Shown here piece by piece: positions 26,677-38,000 of a stretch of DNA of 64,000 nucleotides. The stretch is taken from contig NIVC01001860.1 of assembly GCA_002269645.1 (NCBI GenBank), forward strand, positions 124,001 through 188,000, given 5' to 3'. Source of the stretch: Macrostomum lignano (Eukaryota). The translations under genes were made by a program, and so were the position numbers. The notes under the pieces are model-generated. The model had not been told where the DNA came from. It was given only the letters and a program-made list of their open reading frames with translations, and made no database searches. The first letter of the stretch is position 1, and each line of letters starts with the position of its first letter.

Positions 26677-27885
26677 CTGATTTCGCATCATTTCGATTTC
26701 GCAGCCGCGGGTCGTGTTGCAGAAAATTAAAAGAAGCAACAAGCAATTAAGCGCAACAGTTCGGGGCACCCGCTGCGACTACAGACTCTTTACACCAAAT
26801 AATCAAAGTGCTTCCTGTCAAGCATTTTAAGCTGCATGGGATTGAGCTGATGGCTACAGTGGTACAGAGACCGGCGGGGGTTGCCCCATCAAATTGGCTT
26901 GAATAAGGCAGCCTCTTGCTGCGGAGAAGAGAGTTAGCGAGGGGGGTTAGAGCAGGAGCTGTGCGAGATCTGAATAAGTTGACTGGCTGAAGCAGTAGTG
27001 TCTCAAAAGCTATGTAGATGTACAGCTAACCGCCTGCAAGCGGGCCTTTATCAAAAAGGTGAATATCTACTCATTGTACTGAGCCAGGGACTTCTGAAAA
27101 TAGCACCGGTAGACTGGAAGCTGTATTATAGTGTGTCACGCGATAGTAGAGGACAAATAGAGAAAAAAGACAACCTGTAAAACTTAATAAATTTCTTCAT
27201 CTTTTAGGCAAAAGGTGATTTTCTGTCCATAAATTTTCCACGCTGGCATCATAGGGGAGTGAAGTTAATTCTGGCTTCCAGTCCACCGCTGAAATCTCTA
27301 GACGTCCTCGGCCGAGTCCGCTTGGCTGGCCTCAAAAACAAGGGAAGCAGTTGGCAGTTTGCGCTGGTGCGAACTGTGAAGACTGTGTAGGTTTTCGCCT
27401 GATGAAGGCGCCGGGGCTGTTGCCCCCAGGACCCCGGGTCCTGCACGTAATGGCGTGGTGAACTATCTGTGCAGTATGAGACTGGTATGGCCTTTATCCC
27501 AGCCAGCGATGCTCACACCTGCCTCCCCTGGCGGGCTGATAGCTCAAGAGACTCTGTCTCCTGATTTTCACCTTGCAAGGCGCACTTCGAAGGGTACTCG
27601 TCCCGTGGGTGTTAAGGCAGGCCCCCTTGGGCCCTGCCGAGCTGATTCGTTGGCGCCGGGTCCTGGTGTGACCATAAACGCACCCTCTAATGTCCCAGTG
27701 TAACTCCGTGCTGATGGACGCTTGGCCAGGGAGTAGTCTGGTCGCTAACGGTTCCCCTTGCGCTTTTGGGTCCCCCCGCAGGGTGGTATTTTGCTTTTTG
27801 GGGGCCTGCCGCTTGGTTTGGGGTTGCGGCCTTGCGGCTCTTTGCCTGTGTTCTGCAGGAAGTCCCACCTTTTTACTTCCAGCCA

Positions 27886-29406
27886 ATGGCTTCTAACCGA
27901 AGTAACAAACCGGCTGTGGATGACACAGTGCCTCCGGCCTCGGCTGGGGCCGTGGACTCCTCGGCCATACCACCTGCTACCATCGGGGACGCCTCGGCGA
28001 GACCCGTGGAGCCAACTCTGAGCGGTGCCTCCGAGAAGACACCTGCTACTCCAGCTGCTAAGAAACGCAGCACCACCTCTGGAGCTGCCCGCCGTCGACT
28101 TAACAAGGCGAGGCGGGCCAAGGAGGGCGGAAGCCAAACCGGTGCCAGGGGCCAACGGCCCGCGGCAGCGGAAGCTTCCCAGTCTGGGGCGGTGGCGGAA
28201 GAGGGCCTCGAGCCCACGGAAGCCCCTGCCCAGGATAGGGAGGCCGATGCAGCCGGGAGGGTGGACAGCCCACCTGAAGAAAGCTCCACTGACCCCCGGG
28301 CCTCCTACGCTGATGCGGCAAAGAGGCAACCGGCGGTTGTCATCCTGGGAAAGGACGCGCGCCTGTCTCCCGATCAGCTGAAGCAGGTGAGAAGTGCCGT
28401 TGATGGCCTCCTGTGGAAGCAAACTCTGAAGGGCACGCCTCTGAACATTCATTCGAATGCGACGAGGGACTCGTGCCTTCTCATTTGGCCCAGTGATGCT
28501 GACTCGGGTCGGCGGCTCCTTGAGCTGCTGCCCGAGCAGAGCTGGGACCTCAACCTAGCCTTCTGCAGAGAGGACGAGCGCCCCCGGACCAAGAGGCATC
28601 GAATCTGGGTCCCGGCCAGGAGCGTTGTTACCTCTGCTGACGAGCTCCGGAAAGGACTGCTAGCAGTCAACCGGGAGCTTCCCGCCGCGGGCCTAGTGGT
28701 GCATGACACCCTTAAGCGCACCGACGGCACTGGCTTCACAGCCATCCTGGGGCTGTCGGACGCCTGGATGAGGCGTTATCCACACGGCAGCTTCATCAAC
28801 GTCGGCCTTTGGAAGCTGCGCATCCGCTCCTACGAGGCCGACCCTCCCCGTGGCAGTGAGCAGGGCGGGCGGGATGCGGAGGCGGCCGGGGCCGAGGCGC
28901 AAGCCTCTGCTCAGACTGCCAAAGCAAACCGCCCTGCCCGGCAGCACGGCCGCGCGGGCAAAGCTCAGCGCGCTGCTGAGGGCGGAGGCGACCGACGCCC
29001 GGCGCGCAGCACCAAGCGGCGCGGCCTGTACCAGCGTGCAGCTGAGGCAGTCCGTACCGCCAAAATCTCCCAGCTGAGGCGAGAGGTCGCCGGGACGCCT
29101 AGGCGCACCAGTTCGTCCAGGGAGGGTGGGGACGTCCCAGCTGGGCCCAACCCCTCGGGGCAGGGCCGACTGGAGACGGACCCGCCTGCCCAGGCGGCTG
29201 GCTGCTCCAGGGCATTGGGCCAATCTGAGGCGGAGGACCCCATGGATGGTGGGCAAAGGGCGGCGAACGCTGCCTACTGCCTTCCGGCCAATCGGGGGCC
29301 TTTTGCTGAAGAAGAGCCCATGGACACCGGCGACCCCGACCCGAAGCCGGTGAGCGCCGAGGAGGAGGAGGAACTCCTGGCGGCTGCAACATCCGATCTG
29401 CAATGA
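27886..29406 (+). CDS. Retrotransposon ORF1 (gag-like; resembles the LOA-type DUF4780 ORF1)
   Basis: Open frame MASNRS... containing SYADAAKR, a basic KKR..RRRLNKARR patch and RIWVP..LLAVNRELP..LGLSD; no CCHC knuckle seen. Confidence 0.8.
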   Translation: MASNRSNKPAVDDTVPPASAGAVDSSAIPPATIGDASARPVEPTLSGASEKTPATPAAKKRSTTSGAARRRLNKARRAKEGGSQTGARGQRPAAAEASQSGAVAEEGLEPTEAPAQDREADAAGRVDSPPEESSTDPRASYADAAKRQPAVVILGKDARLSPDQLKQVRSAVDGLLWKQTLKGTPLNIHSNATRDSCLLIWPSDADSGRRLLELLPEQSWDLNLAFCREDERPRTKRHRIWVPARSVVTSADELRKGLLAVNRELPAAGLVVHDTLKRTDGTGFTAILGLSDAWMRRYPHGSFINVGLWKLRIRSYEADPPRGSEQGGRDAEAAGAEAQASAQTAKANRPARQHGRAGKAQRAAEGGGDRRPARSTKRRGLYQRAAEAVRTAKISQLRREVAGTPRRTSSSREGGDVPAGPNPSGQGRLETDPPAQAAGCSRALGQSEAEDPMDGGQRAANAAYCLPANRGPFAEEEPMDTGDPDPKPVSAEEEEELLAAATSDLQ

Positions 29407-32400
29407 TGCCAGCGACTACCTGGTGTCTGCAGATCAACACCCAGCACTGCGTGGCGGCGTCGGTCAACCTGATGCGCACGGCAGAGCAACAGCTTCCGGG
29501 CCTGGTCTTCGTACAGGAGCCCTGGATGACTAAAGGTAAGCCAAATAATGTGCCATCTGGCTACCACTGTTTTTGCATGGTGGGCTCTCAGCCTCGCCCA
29601 AGATCTTGGTCTTTGCTGCAAAAGCTTTTGAGGCATGGATGAGACCTGATCTCTCGACTGGGGACATCTGTGTTGTTCAAATCAATAACCTCATTCCCAA
29701 TAAACCTGTGCTGGTAGCTTCTGCCTATTTCCCGGGCGATGCCCCAGTTGCCTGCGACGCGTTAGTCAACCTTACTGACTATGCTGCGTCCCATCGGTTC
29801 GAGCTGCTCATTGCAGGGGATGTGAACGCACACCACCTGCATTGGGGCAGCAAGAACATCAATAGCAGAGGCGAGGAGCTGCTGGCCTATGTCAGCAGCA
29901 CTAACCTCAACTTCTGTAACGTGGGCAATGCACCAACGTTCAATAATGGGCGGTGGGCCGAAGTCATCGACACCACCATCGCCTCACCCGGACTGCTTTC
30001 CGCAGTTACGGGCTGGCGAGTGTGGGACGAGGACTCGCTCTCGGACCACCGCTTTATCCGCTTTTGCATTGGGCCGACCAAGCAAAAGCCTAAGGTCACT
30101 TGGAGTCGGAACGTCAGGAACACCGATTGGGCCGCCTTTGGCTCGAAGCTGAGCCGCGGCCTTCGGGATCTTGACCCCCCCAGTGACCTCTCTGACTGCC
30201 AGGTGGTGGACGATCTCGCCTCCTCCCTGGGCGGGGCGATCACCACTGCCTTTGAAGCAGCCTGCCCCCTAAAGGCCTATAAAGGCAAGAAATCTGCTCC
30301 CTGGTGGAACCCAGAGCTCGGGGCCCTTCGGCGCCGAGCCAGGACCCTCCAAAGGCGAGCGCTCAAAACCAAAGACCCATCTGACAGAGAGGCCTATACC
30401 CGTGCGATCCACGAGTTTAAGGGCCAAGTCAGAAGGGCCAAGACGGCCAAGTGGCGCCAATATTGCGAAGGGCTTGAGGGCTCTCGCCCCGTAGCCCGCG
30501 TGGTTAAGGCACTCACTAATGACCGTTTTTCTAAACTCTCTGTTGTGAAGAGACCTGACGGCTCGGTCACAGAGAGTTCGGAAGAGACTCTAGAGCTCAT
30601 GCTCAACAGTTTTTTCCCTAAATCTCCGACTCAGCAGGGCCCGCCCGACCACACAGTGGGAGGGCAAGGCCTAGCAAAGTCTATGATCACCAAAGACCGC
30701 ATTATTAGAGCGGCAAGGTCCTTTAACCCGTTCAAGGCGCCTGGGCCCGACGGCATCTACCCAGCGTTCTTGCACGAGGCGGTGAAAAACCACCGCTTCC
30801 TGGACCTGCTCTGTCGTCTCCTTCGAGCTTGTGTGGAGCTGGGCTATGTACCAGTTGCATGGAGAGAGGCCCGGGTGGTCTTTATCCCCAAGCCTGGAAA
30901 GAGCGACTACCAATCGGTGAAGGCCTTCAGGCCTATCAGCCTCACTTCTTTCTGCCTCAAGCTCCTCGAGAGACTGGTGCTTTGGCGCCTACTTTCGGTC
31001 GAGCTGAAGCGCTTCCCACTCTCGCAGAACCAGCACGCCTTCCGCGCGGGCAGGTCAACCGAGAGTGCTCTCCATGTCATTGTTGACTTCCTGGAGAGGC
31101 CGTTCTTGGCAGCGGCTTTGCCCTCTCGCTTTTCCTGGACATTGAGGGGGCCTTCGACAACGTCATCTTCGAGGCCTTTTGCAGAGCCCTGGAATCCAGG
31201 GCCACGCACCCTCACCTTGTCCGGTGGATCATGTTCATGATCCGAAACCGCACTGTTGTGGCCCACCTGAGCGGCAGCTCTCTTTCGGTGCCTGTCCTGA
31301 AAGGGGGCCCCCAGGGCGGCGTTCTCACCCCCGTTCTCTGGAACATGGTCATGGATGAGTTGCTTTGCAGTGATCTCCACGACCCCATTCTCAAGGTGGG
31401 CTATGCCGATGATGTGACCGCGATATGCGCGGGCCCCTCGGTTGATACCATCAGAGACCTTCTGCAGGGCTTTCTGGGACGAGCGGAGCGTTGGGCAGAC
31501 CAATGTGGCCTTAGACTCTCAGAGTCGAAAACCACAGCAGTCATGTTTACCAACAAACTGCTCTGGACCATTAAGCCCCTCACCCTCTATGGAAAGAATA
31601 TTTCCATGGAGAAGCAGGTCCGCTGCCTGGGCCTCACTCTGGACCACAGGCTTAACTGGACTCCGCACATTCAAACTAAAGCCAAAAAAGCCCTGGCTGT
31701 ACTGGCTCAGATCAGGCGCGCCGTGGGCACCACCTGGGGGCTCACCCCCAGGAAGCTGTGGTGGATTTACACTGCCATCATCCGCCCCTCGATCAGTTAC
31801 GCCAGCCTCGTGTGGGCTAGCGGCCTGAGCGTCAAGAGCAACCTCGACGCTCTCTACAAAATCCAGGGCAGAGCCTGCCGCATGACTATGGGCGCTCCAC
31901 CCTCTACTCCTTTTGAAGGCATGAATGCCTTCCTCTGTGCCCCTCCTTTGGATATTTATATCAAAGGAGAGGCGGCGAAGAGCACCCGGCGTCTTCTGGA
32001 TGCTGGGGTGGCCTTCAAGAAAGTGCGGGCCTTTAAGAAGCGGTCGCTTATCCCGCACTCTGACCTCTGCCTCAAGGCTCTCGAGGAGTGTGGCGGGCTC
32101 AACATCCTCACGGACTCGATCCCAGCCACCCTTCTCCTGAGCCAAAGGTATAAGGTCACCATTCAGCCTCGACACGAGGCGAGTGACAGCTGGAGCGACT
32201 CTGAAGTCCACTGTTACACTGACGGCTCTATGAGGCATGGTCTTTCAGGCTTCGGAGCTTGCGTCTTCTTCAAGGGAGAAGTGGTGTGGAGCTACTCCCA
32301 GCACACTGGGCTCAACTCCAGTGTTTTTCAGAGCGAGGTGCTTGCCATCAGCTCCTGCGCGGCAGAGCTGCGCCGAAGGCAGCTTAGCGGCCGGAAATTT

Positions 32401-33105
32401 ATTTTTCACTCTGACAGCCAAGCAGCCCTTCGGGCCCTCTGCCGCAGCACCGCCAGCTCCAGGTCCGTCCTGGACTGCAACACCCAGCTCAACGGGCTTG
32501 CGCTAGGCAACCAGGTGGAGCTCAGATGGATCCCGGGCCACGCCGGCTTCCTCGGCAACGAGCGCGCTGACCTGCTGGCCAAGGCTGGCTCCGCCGGCGC
32601 GCTATTGGGGCCGGGCCCGGGTGCCCCCATCCCCGCCTCGGTGATCAATTCCCGCGTTAAGCGCTGGGCTGACTCCGAGCATCTCCGCAGGTGGCACGAC
32701 ACCCGGAATTGTAGGCAATCCCGTGCTGCCGTCCCCTGTCCCTCTCCTCTCCTGCGTAGAGCCCTCCTCAGGCTCAACCGCAGAGACCTCAGAGCAGTTA
32801 GCATGGCCCTCTCCGGGCATGGCTGCTTCTCTCGCCACCGCTTCCTTCAGGGCCAAGTACCCGAGGAGCGGTGCCCCTTCTGCCGCTCAGGCAGTGAAAA
32901 CGCCGAGCATTTTATCTGCCACTGCCCGGTTTTCACCAGGGCCAGGCTTACTCACCTCGGGCCAAACCCGGTTCTCTCCGACGTTTGCAGGCCCGAGAGC
33001 ATCCCGCTGCTCGCCCGGTACCTCAGGGACACCGGACGAGCTGATTTCTTCCCCACCGTCGGTGAGGAGGACCGCGCTGCAGGCGAGACCGACGGGTCCC
33101 CCTGA
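29403..33105 (+). CDS. Retrotransposon ORF2 (APE endonuclease, reverse transcriptase, RNase H, C-terminal CxxC..H..C), split by two 1-bp deletions (~29597, ~31098)
   Basis: APE: LQIN..H, QEPW, SAY, GDVNAHH..WGS, SDH. RT: PGPDGI, KPGK..YRPISL-type, FLDIEGAFDNV (after frame repair), PQGGVL, GYADD. RNase H: YTDGS, SDSQAAL, WIPGHAG..GNERAD. Zinc finger: CPFCRSGSENAEHFICHC. Confidence 0.95.
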
Positions 33106-33309
33106 GCGACACCACTTCAACGGAAGTCGTTGGTCGCCAGGGGCTAGCGGAATGGGCGGTCTCCTCCGCCTCCTCGCTGCATCCGCCGGACGCCCCCTGC
33201 AGCTAAGTCAAGTAAGTCAAGCCTGATGAAGGCCCGGTAGCCATCTATTTGGTCTGCGACTGTGGAGGTAATGCATGGTGGCTTAATTAATCCCAGCTGG
33301 ATTACTTTT

Positions 33310-33680
33310 CTATCTTTTAAATTCTCCCTGCTTGTCCCAATTGCCGTGTTCTATTAGCTTTTCTAGTTGTCCCTGGTTGGAGGACGCAGAGTAGCGCTCA
33401 CCATCTTTGTTCCAGGCCTCCATAACAAAAAATTTCAGCAGGTAATTCAGGTCACATTTGCTAGCATCCTCCAGCTCAGCGAGAACCATAAGTGACGGGC
33501 CTTCACCCATCGCTCAGGCACGCTTCTTCTCGTCATGCCACTCGCGGAGGACGGAAAATGCCCACTGAGCCTTTTTCTTGGTGGTCTTCGGCACGGTCTC
33601 TTCAATGTGTCTGGCAATTTCATTCTCCGAAAGTTGCTCGAACCGGCCAGTGAGAGCGGCTTCAATAGGTCCAGCGTTAT
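33310..33680 (-). pseudogene. Crypton-type tyrosine-recombinase N-terminal (DUF3504-associated, KCTD1/ZMYM-like) remnant
   Basis: One minus frame reads GRFEQLSENEIARHIEETVPKTTKKKAQWAFSVLREWHDEKKRA*AMGEGP..LNYLLKFFVMEAWNKDGERYSASS. This matches the recalled pattern RF..SEEEI..VP..T.K...WA..F..W / L..L..F..E.RK.DG..Y...S; one in-frame stop. Confidence 0.7.
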
Positions 33681-33879
33681 CCCCGGGCTTCAGGATGAAA
33701 TCCAGTATAGGTCCGGCGAAATCTCCATATCCGGGGCTTCAACAACGACAGCAGCAGAGATGTCACCCATATTCGGTACACACAACTGAAGCTTTTCTGA
33801 TCTTACACAGAATGCTTCGCCTCGGCCTAGAAACACAGTCCTCAGCCGTTCCTAGGCCAAAGAAACGAAATCAAGTGGG

Positions 33880-34290
33880 GATTATCTTATACATAACGTT
33901 AGATATTCCTGTGTTGAAGCAAAATTCGCTTCCTCTGCAACCCTCTGTAGGACAAGGATTCGCCACTCTCGTAGCGAATGACCATCAGGCGGGAGTGTCC
34001 AGCTCTCTTGCAATTGTGGTTGAGCCAGCTGGCGTTTGATGGCTGCCTTCAGGTAGGCGTGCGCGTTCTCCACAGGATTGAGGAACGACGAGTAAGGATC
34101 GGCAATGTCACCAGTCGCCAAGCGGGCTGAAATTGATCTGGGATTGTCCCTCCATGATGAAAACGGGCTCCATCCATGATCACACAGAACTCCTCGCCAT
34201 CAGGTACATCACGACTCTTCACGCTTTGCACCAGATCATTGATGAACTTCTGGAACCTGGATGCCATCATAGTCTCTCCGAGGATCATAT
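33880..34290 (-). mobile_element. IS630-Tc1-mariner DDE transposase fragment (frameshifted)
   Basis: FQKFINDL..FCVIMDGARFHH..RLVTLP / PYSSFLNPVENAHAYLKAAIKR across a 1-bp shift near 34100, giving the second D and the E of the DDE_3 core. No TIRs found. Confidence 0.8.
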
Positions 34291-34896
34291 AATGTAAAAA
34301 ACAAGTTAAAAAAAGTTACGATCCCAGTAAAAATGTGCTTTGAAAACATAGAATGATCAAATTGATGCCGCCAAGATTAAATTGAACTCCGCTATGCCAG
34401 CGAGTGTCGACCATAGACCGAGAATTTTTAGTCTCGCAAGCCTGATTTCCGTATCTATGATTAAATTGAAAGCTTGCAGTACCAACTAGGCCGCAAAAAG
34501 GAAAATCAAGCAAAATGCATATATGAATACAAGTATCTAGATAGGAAGATACATATACATGTAATGAAGATTAAAATCGGTTTAATAATGGAAAGAGAAG
34601 TTAACGTTTACAAGTACAGTTTTCTTTTCGTGTTTTTTCTTGATCACAGTCTCTTTTACAATTGAGTTGTAAACTTGGGTTGCTGCATTGTTAAAATTAG
34701 AGCATATCGAGATCTGAATTGCCGAGTTCATTTTGTTTTTCGTGAATTAGTGACATTCTTACTTCGAGGTAGATAAAAATTATTGGAAACAAAAAGTCTC
34801 ATTGAAAAGTAGGAATTTGAAGTATTATATTATTAGTATCCAGGCCTTAGTGTCACTTCGTTTTAACCGTTCTCGTTAATAACGAGTGTGAACAGC

Positions 34897-34906
34897 CCAT
34901 AGCAAC
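34897..34906 (+). promoter_or_regulatory. RFX X-box half-site CCATAGCAAC upstream of SPEF2
   Basis: About 100 bp upstream of the SPEF2 ATG; RFX controls ciliary genes. The adjacent palindrome CTCGTTA-A-TAACGAG lies at 34872-34886. Confidence 0.5.
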
Positions 34907-35005
34907 GGGAGCTACGCTTATGGTGCAATTTCAAATGCGTTTCTGATACAGCATTTTTTAACTTCGCTACTGCGTCAGATCGTTGAATACGGTGCAGTGC
35001 TAAAG

Positions 35006-38000
35006 ATGACAGAAATTTTATGTGACTGGCTCAACAAGAGCCTAGAAGTCTCTATTCCTATCAGTAAGTGACAAGCTGCTCTTACGAGCGTATTTTAGAA
35101 ATCTTAAAATTTTTGTACAAGCAACGGAAAAAATAATAAAAAGGTCTCAATGTTTTAATGTTTCACATTTTTAATTCATTGCAGCAATTTTTAGGCTCAT
35201 CAGACATAGCCACTTTAAACATAACTTCCTGAATAGATTTGTCTTATTTTGTCATGGGTGTTGCCTTTCTTTCATCCTTGTAATTTATACAAACAGTCTA
35301 AAGAATTTCACAATAAAATATGGTTACAAATATTTTAGCATTGATTATTCGATTTAACAGTTAAATGTGAAAGAATCCTTTAGGATTTGGTACAATTACG
35401 AACTAAAATATTATGCGAATAGTCGTATACTTAAAAAAATTCGAAAAAGAGAAGGCATACCAAGTAGAACTTCTCTCTCAGATTAGCATTAAGACTTTAT
35501 TTAATAGATATTCTTTGCTTTAACAGTTTTATAAAATAAAAATAATTATAAAATATGTATTATCATTTTTTATAATTAAATAAATGTAAGAGCCTATAAA
35601 AATAACAAAATAGTAGCAATATAGCATAGTTTGTAGATATATGGTTTAACTCATTGTATAAATTTACTAAAAAGACAAATATTATTTAACTTTTCCCATA
35701 CCATTCTACACTTGCCCAGATCCTGAGAATTTCGAAAAGGAATTCGCCAACGGCTATCTGATCGGAGAGGTGCTGCACAAATACGAGCTCCAGGATGACT
35801 TTGACCGATTCTCCAAGTCCAAGTGAGAATTTGATTTAAATCTGAATTGACATCTTCATGTACTCAGAATAGTATGAAAACAACTTAGTTTAAATCTATC
35901 AAAGCGAACATCACGATATTATTTTTTAGATTCTTCCAAAATGTACTAACTTATGTACGAGCTAGGTCTAAATAGCAGAACAGAGTCATCTATTTGCATT
36001 TAAACAGCATCAAACACGAAACAATTAAATATACTACTTCAAGTAGTTCAATATGACATTTAAAAGTCGCAAAACAGAAAACTGCAACAAAATCCGTCCC
36101 AACTTCGTAGGGTGTCCGAGTCAAAAATCAATAATTTCACCCGAATCGAGCCCGTGCTGCATCTGCTCGGAGTGCCCTTCGACACCAGCACCGCCCGAGA
36201 CATCATGACCGAGGAACCGGGCACCGCCACCCGCCTCATGTACCAGATCTTCATCGCGCTGGAGAACAAGAAGAAGGCCAACCTGACCGGCGTTGCCATG
36301 GAGACCATGCGGCCGGCTGCGCCTGCCAAGCTGCAGAGCATGGAGTCGCTGATTTACCGGCAGCGGCTCAAGCAGGTGACCCCGAGGCAGACTGACCTCA
36401 ACCTGCAGGAGCTCATCGACAGGTTCCATCAGCATCAGGTGAGGCGCCTCTCTTCTTCACTACCTTCCTATCAAGAACAACTTCAGTGGAAGGCTGGGAA
36501 AGTTCATTTCTTTGAAAATCTTTGAAAACCTTCTGAGAAGTTTCACCTGTCCGTCTCTTAACAGGTGCGGCTGGAGGAGCGCGCGCTCAAAGGTCGAATC
36601 GAAAGCGCCGAGGCGCACAGGAGGGACAACCAGGACAGGCGGCAGAAGCAGCTGGACCGCAGCAAGCAGGTGCAGCTCATGCAGGCCGAGCAGATGGCCA
36701 AAATTCAGTGAGTCAGGCCAGCCCCTCAGACTCACTAAGGTCTCGTACATGCTGTCACAAGTCGAAAGAAAGAGAAAAGAGAAACCTCCTGAAGACAAGC
36801 TCACAAGCAGAATCTCATTGATACATAAATAATACATTCACTCAAAGACACCTTACTTAGAGACCCACACAAGGACACCCCGCAAAGACACCAGGCAGAA
36901 GCTACAAGGAAGACACCCCGTAAAGACACCCCGCAGACACCCTACAAAGACACCCCGCAAAGACGCCCCGCAAGGACACCCCGCAAGGACACCAGGTAGA
37001 AGCTACAAGGAGGACACCCCGTAAAGACACCCCGCAAAGACATCCCACAGACACCCCGTAAAGACACCCCGCAAAGACACCCCGCAAAGACACCCCGCAA
37101 AGACATCCCGCAAAGATACCCCGCAAAGACACCCCGCAAAGACACCCCGCAAAGACACCCCGCAAAGAAATCCCGCAAAGATACCCCGCAAAGACACCCC
37201 GCAAAGACACCCCACAGACACCCCACAAAGACACCCCGCAAAGAAAACCCATAAACTCCCGCCCCGCCGTCCCCGCCCGCAGAGCGGCCATCGTGCACAT
37301 CCCGAAGCCGCCGCCGAACCACACCGCGGCGGCCATGGATCACCGCCGGCAGCAGCGCCGTCGACAGGAGGCCGCCGCCGCCATGCAGGCCCTGGACGGC
37401 TTCGAGGAGCGCCTGAGCCGCACCCTGCAGCCGACGGGTGACTCCGGCGCGGCCGGTCCCGACCGTCCGGACTCCTCGGCCAGCGGCACCAGCGAGGATT
37501 TCGAGCAGCCGACAGGGCAGCAGCGAGGAGCGGCGACGCTGCAGCCGCTGCAACAGGCGGCCACCAGCGACCCCACCGACTACATCAAGCCCGCCTCCAA
37601 CGACGCGTACATCGCCAAAATACGGCGCCGCCTAGCCGAGGACGCCGAGGCGCGGGCGGCGCGCGAACGGCGCCGACGAAAAGTTTTGGTGGACTGCCTT
37701 CGGGCTCACGAGCAGCAGGAGGAGCTTCAGCGGGAGGCCAGCCTTGCCGGCAAGCTGATGCGCCAGTCGCAGCTCGAGCGCCGTATCGCCGTCCAGCTGC
37801 TGCAGGCGCGCCGCGAGAAAGACGTCCTAAAGCGGAACCGGCGCGAGCGGGAGCGCCAGTATCAGGAGCGGCGCGAGGCCGAATTTCAGGAAGCGCTCGA
37901 CAGAGAGAAAGCCCTGGCTGAGAGGGCGCGGGCCGAGTACGAGGTGAGGGTTCGGTCTCACCCGCCTCTCGTGTGTCTCACCCGCCTCTCGTGTGTCTCA

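Larger units (their letters stand above)
27410..33220 (+). mobile_element. Near full-length non-LTR retrotransposon, LOA/R1-group type (ORF1 + APE-RT-RNase H-zinc finger)
   Basis: Identical 13-bp flanks GCCTGATGAAGGC at 27397-27409 and 33221-33233 (TSD); 3' tail TAAGTCAAGTAAGTCAA; two ORFs overlapping at ATGA (29403-29406). Clade assignment is from remembered motif patterns and needs an RT tree. Confidence 0.95.

Noticed and set aside
27390-27420. Hammerhead ribozyme core CTGATGA in the LINE TSD
   Set aside because: The reconstructed pre-insertion site lacks the GAAA after stem II, and no stems I/III were found.
27500-27760. Canonical HDV-like ribozyme folds tried by hand
   Set aside because: Candidates lacked a G1-starting P1, a proper 7-8 nt L3 or an adequate P2.
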